A DNA stretch of 27,788 nt from Proteromonas lacertae. Its lineage: Eukaryota. Location: positions 124,001 through 151,788 of the forward strand of contig NGBS01000595.1 in the NCBI GenBank assembly GCA_002245135.1, in the 5' to 3' direction. Under the pieces are notes generated by a model. The model had not been told where the DNA came from. It did no database searches and worked only from the letters and a program-made list of their open reading frames with translations. Positions 1 through 9,829 of this stretch are shown in pieces. Within the stretch, counting starts at the first letter, position 1; each line of letters begins with the position of its first letter. A program made the translations under genes and the position numbers.

Positions 1-317
1 GAGTAATAACATTCTCTAACCATAACATATAAATCACCATCATCTTAACCAAAACTAGGATAACCAATCACATCATAAACATGTTTAATCATCTCATATT
101 AATTTCTTTCATTTGACTCTAACCATGCTTTACCAATCACATTATTGAATTCATTTCTATTAATCACTACGTCTTCAACAATATCTTTAATCATTTCTCT
201 AATTGTTTTATCATCATCAGCTTTCTTACCTAAATTGTTTGTTATCGTTGTAATAGACTTAGTTATAGCACCTGTATCTATTGAAACAGCTTGTTTTTTT
301 AAGGGACCACCAAACAT
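1..317 (-). pseudogene. Hypothetical PLV protein, runs off the window; two in-frame TAA
   Basis: ATG at 317 (MFGGPLKKQ...). The frame stays protein-like through TAA 99-101 and TAA 45-47 (ERN*YEMIKHVYDVIGYPSFG*DDGDLYVMVRECYY). Confidence 0.5.
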
Positions 318-366
318 AAAATATAATAAAAGAATGATAAAAATTAAGTTACTAGCATTATGAGGA

Positions 367-1215
367 TTATTCTGAATCATCATCAGTATCGGACGAATCA
401 TAGGAAGAAGAGGAGGAGGAACTAATGCTGGTATTTTCATTATCACTTTTATAACCATTACTATCGTTTTTAATTTTCATATTAAAGTTTACACGAAATT
501 CATGATTGCACAAATCGATGTAGAGGAATGAATGATTACTGTAATTAGTTGCATACTTGTAATATCCTCTAAACTTACTAAAATCTACCCACAAATCTAA
601 ACTATTATGAACATTGTGTAGATTAGCTAAACTTAGATTTCTAAATACTAAGCAATAATCTAATTGTAGACGAACAGATGGTGTTAAATCTGTAACATAT
701 TGACTTGATATAATTACTTTTGACTTGTAATGACGGTTTGATTTGAGTAGTTTTGAAAAGGCCTTAGTTGATAAATCGAATGATATATCATCGAATATAA
801 AGATATTTTCTGGGTAATTGTAGTTTTCTTTATCTACTTCTTTGATATTTTCTAATACTGCTTCTAATACATTCACTTTATCTTCATTTACTATAGAATC
901 GTAACAATGGTACTCTAGTAAATTGTACTTCAACATATCAGTGATCTTTTCATAAATAATATCCTTTGAAATTGTTCCTACAAAGAATTATACAGTTTGA
1001 TCATAATTCTTCTTTAACAAGTGTTGTATCATGTTAAATATAAGCGTTGTCTTTCCACTGTTCTTCTTAGCTAATATAAATATATTGCAAAAAGGCTCTT
1101 CAAAATAATCATAGCCTAGAACATTATCTCTTGATCTCTATTTAGTACCTTTGACTACTGATTCTACTGGCGTTATGACAACGTCATTACATTTCTCTAG
1201 TTTTATTTTACTCAT
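367..1215 (-). pseudogene. A32/FtsK-HerA family viral DNA packaging ATPase (283 codons; in-frame TAG 1138-1140 and TAA 988-990)
   Basis: Manual translation from ATG 1215 gives Walker A NIFILAKKNSGKTT, in frame with the tracked ORF. That ORF carries Walker B IFIFDD, the RH motif (SNRHY) and IISSQ, followed by an acidic/Ser tail. Confidence 0.9.
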
Positions 1216-1277
1216 TTAAAGAAAAAAATAAAAAACAATTATAAGGAATATAGTCATTATGTTAGTTATTAGTTAGT

Positions 1278-2684
1278 TTAAATAACACTTACAATTCCCC
1301 TTCCATTAATTGTACACATTCTTCCTGTAACTATATAAAAACGATGAGTGATATTGTAGTTAGTGAAATCATTTGTACCAGGAGCAGACAACTAAAAAGT
1401 GATCTTTAAGTCACTAGCTAATGGTCTTCCTGATTGATTCTTAATATTATCCAAGTCTTTAGATCCAAAATTCAAAATTTCAAAGAACTTCTTTTCAAAA
1501 GGAATATGTCTTTTGAATATATCAAACCATGAATCTTTGATATAATCTTGTACAGTCATGTAACTATCATAATACTGCATTAATGAATAGTCTGGTTGAT
1601 ACACAAAATCGTTAATCATCCATCTGAATTGTGCATTTTCAGGAATTACTGCATATCTATTTGTTGCTGTTCCACTCTTACCATCGTGTGCTGTTTGAGT
1701 TCCTTCGATCCATGGTCTACAGATAATGTAACGTAAGAATGGTCCATTTGAACTGTTCAATGTAAAGGAATAGTTAAATTGTCCACATCCACCTTGATTT
1801 ACTGTTAATGTATGGCACTTTACATCATTGAACTGGATTGGTTTAGATAAACAATAACTTCTTGTATTGTTATTACATTGAGTATCCTTATTCAAATAAG
1901 CATAGAAATAAAAGTTCTTGAATTTAATTGAATCTGGTCTTATTCCAGCTGCAGGCCAGTTCATTGTTGTTTCATTACCTTTATCATTATTAAAACCCAT
2001 AATTTGTCCAAATTTAGGACTTTGTTGGAAATTGAAACATAAATACATTCTCTCTCCAAAGAATACATCACTTTTCATTGATAAAAATGTATTGTAAAAT
2101 TTACCTAAAAACATCTTTACATGAATAGTTTTAGACTTTTTATACTGTTGATATTTATCACTTGTTGCAGTAGCTGTAACAAATGTAGCTTCTTCTTTAT
2201 CCATTTCCCATTCATTTTCATCAAGAATTAAATGATCATGATATTCATCATTCCATTTTAATTGAATTCCATCATAATAGTTTGATAGGTAAAATATGTC
2301 AGATCTTTTTCTCACTAATTCATACATAAACACTCTATAGTGTTCATAATTGTCATCAAGCTTGACTAGATCTGTTCCTGTATTATTACATAAACGAAAT
2401 GCTGCTAATCCAAATCCTTCTTTCATTCCTTTTACATACTTTGGATATAACTCATCACTATCTGCTTCATTACCACTACCATCAATTTTTTTAAATGTAT
2501 CTGCTTTAGCAAGTGGATGAGTTTCAATTTCGATATCATATTGAATGTAAGACTTTGCAAGGTTTATAATGTTCTCACCACTTAATTCGAACCTTATTTC
2601 ATCTGAATAAGTGTTATCTTTAAGTTGATAGAATGATTTTGTTTCCATTGGTGTCAACTTGACATACTGGTAAAAGGCCATCAT
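1278..2684 (-). pseudogene. Double jelly-roll major capsid protein of PLV/Polinton type (one in-frame TAG at 1392-1394)
   Basis: The N-terminal EIRFELSGENIINLAKSYIQYDIEI pattern and ~470 aa length fit. Reading through the TAG restores a typical beta-rich C-terminus (SGRPLASDLKITF*LSAPG...HRFYIVTGRMCTINGRGIVSVI). It lies between the penton and ATPase genes. The true start may be slightly upstream. Confidence 0.78.
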
Positions 2685-2764
2685 TGCTGGAACGTCTACA
2701 CTGTGTTTTTGCTCTTTGGAATAGTTAGAGACATCAGAAACACAAAATAAAAATAAAATAAAAA

Positions 2765-3523
2765 TTAGACTTTAAAGACAACAATATCTAAATTAAACTC
2801 GATATTATCAAGATTGAGTTCATAACCATTTTGTTGAGTAATCTGAATTGTAATTTGACCATTGGTATAAGTATTATTGAACATTTTGCTAGTATTAAGA
2901 ATGTCATTGTTCTGGTATGTAATGAATGGTAACTCAGGGTTTGCTATTGGTATATTTTCTAACACATTTGAATCTTGAATGATGTTTACAATATTTAAAC
3001 GAATTGATATTGAATTAACCCATATAAGTGATGGACGATATGGTAATTGTTTAAATGGAAATGGTGTGGGAATTAATTCATATGCTCCAGCATCATGTCC
3101 ATTTAATGACGGTTCATAATTACCAAAACATAACCAATAATTACTCTTAGGAATACCTAATAACTTGTAACTCAAGTCACTTGTTATTATTTCAATCTTC
3201 TTTATCCAAAACCATGGATTTCCATCAGTATATATAACATTCATATCACTTGCTACTTTTATATGATTTGTTCGATTATAACTATCGCTATCTATTCCAA
3301 ATAAATCTCCTTTTTCTGCTATTATAGGAACATTAATCTTATCAAATGGACTAAATACATCATTTGTTTCTATTCCAAAATCTGTATATTTAAAAACCTG
3401 CTGGAATAGTAACTTTAACACTTATTGTAGGAGAAGTTAATAATGGCCAAAGTTGATCATAAAAAACCTAAACATAGAACAGTTTCCATTCAAATTAACA
3501 GAATTAGAAAAACAAGTAATCAT
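2765..3523 (-). pseudogene. Minor capsid (penton) protein, frameshifted near the N-terminus
   Basis: C-terminal LENIPI...ITYQN...QITIQITQQNGYELNLDNIEFNLDIVV is typical of PLV/virophage pentons. An upstream frame gives VKVTIPAGF (IPxGxY-like motif) and FSNSVNLNGN. The start is uncertain. Confidence 0.65.
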
Positions 3524-4055
3524 CAGAAGCTTCAGAAAAGACGGTAAAATCAGAGCTCCCACAAAATCGAAATTATATCATTTAATTTCAGGATCAAAAT
3601 CAAGACTTACATACTCAGAGATAAGATATATATTGAAATACATCGAAGATGAGTACAAATATTACATAGAATCAAAGTTTAAGACAGGTTGTTTTAATGG
3701 ACCAATCATTAAACAAGTAAAAGTACCTCTTAACGCGCCAAAACTAACCGCTTCAAGCTTCGCTCAAGCCTTAAGTAAACACAAAGAACACAGAATTGCA
3801 GGTCAAAAGAAGACAAGAATGATGTTAGAACAGATTTTAGCATTACATAAGAAGGAAGAAGAGGATTTTTTACCTCCACAAGAGATAATTGACATAAAAG
3901 ATGACGAAATTAAGGTAAAAGAAGAGGTAAATTACGTAAAACCGGTCACAAAATCGAATGTAAACAGTTTAAGTGGTTTAGAAGACTTGTCTCCTGTTAA
4001 TTCAGTTCCTAGTTTAAGTCCAAAATCAGTAACAGATAAAAGCATTATAAAGCCT
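3453..4055 (+). pseudogene. Hypothetical protein (probably PLV), interrupted 5 codons before its end by TIR element copy 1
   Basis: About 200-codon open frame. Removing 4056-6279 restores ...SIIKP-NCIIF* (6280-6297). The last ~28 aa in the ORF track are TIR sequence. The 5' end overlaps the putative penton start, so the start is uncertain. Confidence 0.5.
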
Positions 4056-4160
4056 TGTTGTGCGCCGTTTGTCAGAGTTGGCCGTTTGTCTACCAGAAAC
4101 TTTCAAAACAAGCTAAATACACAATTACACTTCCTTAAATGAAAAATTGTTACTTTTATA
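4056..4160. repeat. Terminal inverted repeat (~105 bp) with two GCCGTTTGTC motifs (4064, 4081)
   Basis: Matches the reverse complement of 6205-6274 (partly deleted) and 14592-14696, and matches 12568-12672 directly. Confidence 0.9.
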
Positions 4161-4699
4161 TTAACATTTTGTATATGATAGACACGTCAAGATATAACTT
4201 AATTAGTCTATGTAACAAATATTTTTACATAATCTATTAATACATATTAAGTACATGAATAATATAAAATATTAGCTTATAACTCACTTCTGTTGTTGAT
4301 ATAAATAAAAAAATGTAACTAAAATCTTGAATTTTCTTACCCCCTTATTTGTACTAAAATCAATATTTTGATATAAACACTTGTTTTATATGCACATGTT
4401 TTTCACCTAAATCTATAATTTTAGTTACAAAGTTAATATCTACAACATAAACAGAAATACAATCTTTAATCGACTTGAATCTCAAAGCTACAACAAATTA
4501 ATGTATTTCATATTTCAATACCTTCTATAAAAATCATTCATTTCAGTGTATAGCTAATTTCAATATATTTTTAATACTTAGCTTCTTTTGTATAATTTAC
4601 AAAATTATAATTTATGTGTTGTTTTTTGTTTTATATAATAGTATTAATGATTATGAAATGATACACATAAGTCACAGAAGAAAATTGAGAAGTGAAAAA

Positions 4700-4757
4700 T
4701 GTCTCCTAGACAAACGGCGTATTTCTAAATCTTCTCACGCCGTTTGTCTAGGAGACA
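4700..4757. repeat. Internal perfect 21-bp inverted repeat with 16-nt spacer
   Basis: TGTCTCCTAGACAAACGGCGT / ACGCCGTTTGTCTAGGAGACA. Each arm contains the TIR motif GCCGTTTGTC. Confidence 0.95.
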
Positions 4758-4861
4758 CTTTTGATTTCTAATATTTCATATATGAGATAATCATAATATA
4801 TTATTAACAAATATAACAAAATTGAAATCAGAAAATAAGTTGAAACAACATTCAACTCAAA

Positions 4862-5600
4862 TTGAGGAACTAGTAAATTGAATATAAATGGAACAGAGGA
4901 AGTATTTCTTAATATCAAATCAGTCGAGTTTAAAAACGCATAACTTACAATACCAAAATCTAGTTTATTCTTATTAAAGAAGAATGTTGGACCAACTACA
5001 TATCCTTTTATTGCTAATACTACATTATTAGTTGCTCCTTTTAATGCAAATTCAAAATGATCACTAAATTCACCAAGAGTTGAACTTACATAAGATATTT
5101 CGATTGTTACACTTTCTTCTATATCTACTTCACCTTCTGGTAGAGTAAATATTAGTTTGGTTTGATTGATCCTTCATTGGTAAGTGATACTTCATATCGA
5201 TGTGTTGAATTAATAAATATATCACCAATATCTAATACATCATAAAAATGAGCTTTTGGACCAACACCTGAAACTGTTATTAATGTAATTCGATCTAATC
5301 TTACTTCTTATTCACAAAACAATTTATATCAAAATCTGCTGATAATGTTGGATGCAATACTACAATTAATTCATTGTGTAATCTTTGTATTTGACATTTT
5401 GATGCTGAATTACTGATAATTTTGAATGTCTTTCTTGATTCTAATGATAAATAAGCAGGATCCATTGATATTATTTGAGTACTTCAACCAATATCTAAAT
5501 CTTGCGCTTGAGCTTTTTTTCTTCTAATTGATACATTTTTTCTCCTAAAGTCTAAATCAGCACTATTCTGCTGTATATTTGATATACTATTTTTTCTACT
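4862..5600 (-). pseudogene. HYDIN: Captured Hydin (axonemal central-pair protein) gene fragment
   Basis: Minus-strand translation: MDPAYLSLESRKTFKI ... GVGPKAHFYDVLDIGDIFINSTHRYEVSLTNEG ... STLGEFSDHFEFALKG ... GYVVGPTFFFNKNKLDFGIVSYAFLNS. This matches the Ig-like repeat region of Hydin. Stops and deletions are present. Confidence 0.85.
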
Positions 5601-6204
5601 CCATAATTGGCCGATTGTATACGGTTTGACAGTCTTTCTATATAAATTATGGAATTATTAATACCTTTCTTTAAATAACCACCAAATTCAGATAATCTAT
5701 TTTGAATTGAAGTTATATATGATTTATTTACTCCATCTCCATTTAACGATAAATTCATGACTTAAAATGTTTGAGAGGTTAGAATTGATTTTTTAATTAT
5801 AATAATATATATATATAGTACTTACATTTTGATTTTCTGAAATAAAAAAAAACTGTCAAGTATGACAAGCTTGATTTTTCTTTTTTGAAATATCTTCTTA
5901 TCTTGATAGAATTTTATAACATTCTTCAAAGTTTCTACTGAAATTCATTTTTTCTCTTTGACTGAATCAAAAAAACATACAAACAAAAAAGTTGAAGAAA
6001 ATGAAATTTTAAATTAAAAATGACGTCAGAAGGGGTATAATTCTTAATTCCTGTGTAACTGACACTTCTCATTTAGACATTATATGTCAATAAAAACATA
6101 AAATTTGGAATATACATAATTTCTAGAATATATTTTGATAGTATTTATTCAATATTATGACAATTAATAGTTACTCATAGATGTAGGTCATATGACAAAG
6201 TAAG

Positions 6205-6274
6205 AATATGTATTTAGTTTGTTTTGAAAGTGTCTGGTAGACAAATGACCAACTATGACAAACAGCTCACAACA
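6205..6274. repeat. Right TIR of copy 1 (degenerate, internally deleted)
   Basis: Reverse complement reads TGTTGTGAGCTGTTTGTCATAGTTGGTCATTTGTCTACCAGACAC..., followed on the + strand by TSD AGCCT. Confidence 0.85.
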
Positions 6275-6983
6275 AGCCTAATTGTATTATTTTTTAATTT
6301 TTTTGTTAATTGATTTAAAATTTATTCTTATGGGGAACGATATAATGACAATTTTGCTCTCTGTATTAGTATTTATACTCTATATGCTCGCTCTGGCACT
6401 GTACAAATACTTCAAAGCACACAATTATATTCAAATATGACTGATGTGATGGAGATAGCACACAGTTTAAATAATTTGTAACGAATTTATTTTTTATTAT
6501 ATAATAAACTACTATTTTTTAGGGAAAGCAAAACGACTATTTATCTTATAACCTTTATACCATATAATTGCCTAAAGTAATACATATATATCGATTCAGC
6601 TTGTATAATATCGTTTGAAGAATAATTCTCAATCGTGTCAAAAATAGAAAATGAAGAAGTTTATTAGAAAATACAAAAATTTAAATTTTCAAAATTTCAA
6701 ATCTAATTTGACGAGGTTTGACTTGAACGGCTGGTTTGTGCATCAAACTTAAAATTTATTCTGAAACAATTTAATTGGCTTGTCCAAATTTGAATTTTTG
6801 AATTTCGCGCTTTTTTTTATTTTTTAAAAATTATATCCGTTTTAATTCAAGCTTCAGAATCAAACATATCGAGATTTTAAGTCACGTTTTACATCAAACA
6901 TTTTGATTTAATCAATATTTACACCAATCGTAAAAACAGATCTCAAGCATTTTTAATTTCAAAAATCGTCAAAATCATCAAAA

Positions 6984-7382
6984 ATGAGTCAAACAATCGT
7001 CAAAGACGAGCCTGTTGATGATGATTTACAATCTGATGATGAGATGGTTAAAGAAGTTGTGTTTAATTCTTGTGGAGTTAACACCAACATTGATTTGATA
7101 GAACCAAATAGGAGACTTAGAATTGTCCAAAATGATGTATGGAGTGCTCCTAAAAAGGTTGAACAAAGAGATCATCAAATTGAAGAATAAGAAGAAATTG
7201 TTGATTTAACCAATGAGAAAGTCAAACATGCATTCCCTATTATGAGCACAAAAGGAAGAAAGAGAAAAATACATCGTGTGTTAATAATGAGATCTATTGA
7301 TGAACAAGAAAGGGTTGTTGAACAATTAGTAAACGTCACTATAAACAACGAATTAAGATTGGCTGATTTGGAATTCTTATAG
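6984..7382 (+). pseudogene. Hypothetical acidic/basic nuclear-type protein (in-frame TAA 7188-7190), possibly PLV-encoded
   Basis: The frame remains open for 63 codons after the TAA (QIEE*EEIVDLTNEK...KGRKRKIHRV...). Confidence 0.5.
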
Positions 7383-7599
7383 AACATTAATTAATTAAAA
7401 TCTTCATTCTTGCATAAAGAGGTTTGAATATCTGTTTGAGTTTTGGTGAACTTTATAAAATTTTTTGAATAAACTAGAATTATCAACAAACATGAAAAAT
7501 AAACTCTATGTATAAACCAGGAAGTCAAATCAAACCTTTGCAAAATAGAATTGAGCCTAATGGTCTGTAGCCCTTACTATATATTATTATTAGTATAAC

Positions 7600-8260
7600 A
7601 TCTTTTATAATTTTTTTTGCTTGCTCTTGTTCAGATGACATATTAAGTAATTCCTCTTTAATTTCTTAATTATTAAATAACCATAATTCAAATTTGAATC
7701 ATCTCTGCTTGAATATTCGAGGAAAGAAAAGGTAATTGAACTGAAGAGGTTAGAGAAGTTTCTCCATCTTGTGAAGCAACCCTTTCTTATTTTAGGAATA
7801 TGTAGATCTTTAATCTTACTTTTAATACTTCTACAATTGTTTAGTTGGTATTGTATATTATTGCAATAATCAAGAATACTTTTATATTTTTCTATCTCAA
7901 ATATTCTTTTCTTACGATATTAAAAATATGTGATAAATATACTTCGTTTTTGTTTCTACTGGTTGTGCAAGTTTTCTCTAATGAAATTCCATATTTAGAT
8001 AATGTTCTTTGTATAGATTTTCTGCAATTTCGCTTTCATCTAAAATAACACTTTCTAAAACACACTAAATTCTTCTGTTTTATTATTAAATTTACTACAT
8101 CTTGATAATTGGTGTTTTTTCACCCATCTATTATCTATAACACCTTATAATCTTTAAATATCCAACTCTAACTAACTTTACACCATCAGAGTTAATCAAA
8201 TCTTTAACTATTTTTTATTGATGGTGTTTGAATATTGAGTGTTATAGTTAAAACACGCAT
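7600..8260 (-). pseudogene. Heavily degraded hypothetical coding sequence
   Basis: Protein-like fragments across several frameshifts (e.g. KRIFEIEKYKSILDYCNNIQ; EIKEELLNMSSEQEQAKKII). Family not recognised. Confidence 0.3.
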
Positions 8261-8417
8261 AAACTAATAGCAACAAAAAATCAACAACTTAAAACAAAAA
8301 AAGTAGTGACAAAAAAACACGCATAAATTATACTGTGCTTTATGAAATGGCCGCATAGAATTACTGAGGAGCTTTGGTGAGTGAAAGGCACAAAACATGA
8401 AAGTGACGTGTTTTTCC

Positions 8418-8810
8418 GAACCCAGGAATAAATAATTTCAAGAATTGAAGAATTAGAAGTAATTCAGTTATAATTTGTGCACCAATATTTAATACAAAAT
8501 ATGTTACATATAAAGATAACAGTTATTTAGGATCTATAAATCATATTTATAATTTGACTTATAAGATAAAGCATATTGATTTATTCTCACTTGATGTTAA
8601 AGGCAGTGAACTAGAGGCATTCAAACATTTGATTATAAAGTTAGTGTTTTTCACTGGATGATAGAATAGAATAATTTAAATAAATAAAAAAGAATGAAAT
8701 CTGAAAAATTAATGAACAAAAACGGATATATTGTTGATGGAACTTATGTATCACCTATCGATATTATGTATAAAAGAAACAATAGTTATACAAAAATAAT
8801 TAAAACTAAT
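8418..8810 (+). pseudogene. FkbM-family methyltransferase C-terminal remnant
   Basis: KIKHIDLFSLDVKGSELEAF resembles the IDxxSLDVEGxE motif and is followed by WMIE. Frameshifts present; the 5' part is missing. Confidence 0.65.
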
Positions 8811-8851
8811 TAGAAATAATTTCTTTCTTTTATAAATATTCAAATTGGAAT

Positions 8852-9790
8852 TTAATTATTTACACATCTTCTCCAATAATTATTCATTACTCTATATGTA
8901 GTTAGTTGCTTTACTTTAAATTGTTTTAGATTATCTTTATAAACAATATTATTATTTATAACAAAATTGCAACAGCTATTATTATTGCAGATATATTGAT
9001 TCATGTCAATGTAATTAATTCTTTTATTAATTAAAATTGGTAATTTTATTATTGAGACATTTATTCCAACAATACCATAACAGTCGTTAGGATTACTTAA
9101 AAAATGATGTGTGTCTTGCACAATATATTTGTATAGGAATGTAATTTCTTCTAAGTAGATAAGGCATTGTAACATTAAACCACTGCTCTACATGAAAATC
9201 AACTAAAAATAATGCTATATGAGATTTATCAATATTCTCAATTTTATTATCTTTAAAAGGGCATTTTCTATTATTATATACATACTTATACCAAGCATCA
9301 ATAACATCATTATAATTATATAATAATTTATCTGTAAAAGTTTTAGTATGACTAGTATTATTAATTCTAATCAATTCTTTGTATGACATAAATAATTGAA
9401 ACGTAAAATACAACAATAATGATTATTTGATGAGAAGGATTTTTAATTTTGTTTCTTATAGGATATTTATAATATGTTGATATAATATATGATATAACAT
9501 AAGTTAAAAGAGATATTATTATTATATTACTTTTCTTTTTAATTATCTCATTAGATATATAAATAATTACATAATGAAATAAATAAACGCTATATGATAT
9601 ATTTCCTAAATGAGATAAAAACCTTGATGAAAAAATGAATTTGTTGTTATTTGTATTTAGAAGTAATAATGTAAATGATAATGGTATTATTGAAAAAGAG
9701 GGTGATATTTTCTCTATCACTTTTAAAAATAGAAATGAAATTACTATCAGTAAAATACAATTGTTTAATATGTTATTCTGCTTGAAAATG
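8852..9790 (-). pseudogene. OafA/OatA-like acyltransferase-3 + SGNH O-acetyltransferase, frameshifted and 5'-truncated
   Basis: LSHLGNISYSVYLFHYVII and SYIISTYYKYPIR (AT3 C-terminal helices), then DMNQYICNNNSC...IVYKDN (SGNH tail), spread over three tracked ORFs. Confidence 0.75.
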
Positions 9791-9829
9791 AAGTAATATT
9801 ATTTATAAGAATCTTGCTTATGTGTAGTT

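Larger units (their letters stand above)
4056..6274 (-). mobile_element. Non-autonomous TIR DNA transposon copy 1 (Ginger/Tdd-like ends) carrying a Hydin fragment
   Basis: Starts TGTTGTG and ends CACAACA, with imperfect TIRs and a perfect 5-bp TSD AGCCT (4051-4055 / 6275-6279). A highly similar inverted copy lies at 12568-14696. No transposase ORF. Strand is given relative to the Hydin cargo. Confidence 0.9.
1..8415. mobile_element. Endogenous Polinton-like virus / Maverick-type element remnant (continues past the left edge; right boundary approximate)
   Basis: Penton, major capsid and A32-like ATPase genes are co-oriented at 367-3523, followed by intronless hypothetical ORFs. Host FkbM-like sequence resumes at ~8418. 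No pPolB, integrase or viral TIR is visible in the window. Confidence 0.7.

Noticed and set aside
99..458. Tracked ORFs 99..458 (first 47 aa) and 145..363
   Set aside because: The N-terminus is an alternative frame of the ATPase acidic tail, and 145..363 is the antisense shadow of the real gene.
4700..4757. CRISPR repeat or rho-independent terminator
   Set aside because: There is no repeat-spacer array and the context is eukaryotic. The arms are TIR-derived motifs.
4056..6274. LTR retrotransposon or solo LTR (TG..CA ends, 5-bp TSD)
   Set aside because: The ends are ~100-bp inverted repeats with repeated internal motifs, and no gag/pol, PBS or PPT is seen. A DNA transposon fits better, though a long solo LTR cannot be fully excluded.
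7175..8048. Tracked ORFs 7175..7387 (-) and 7845..8048 (+)
   Set aside because: Antisense shadows of degraded genes on the opposite strand.
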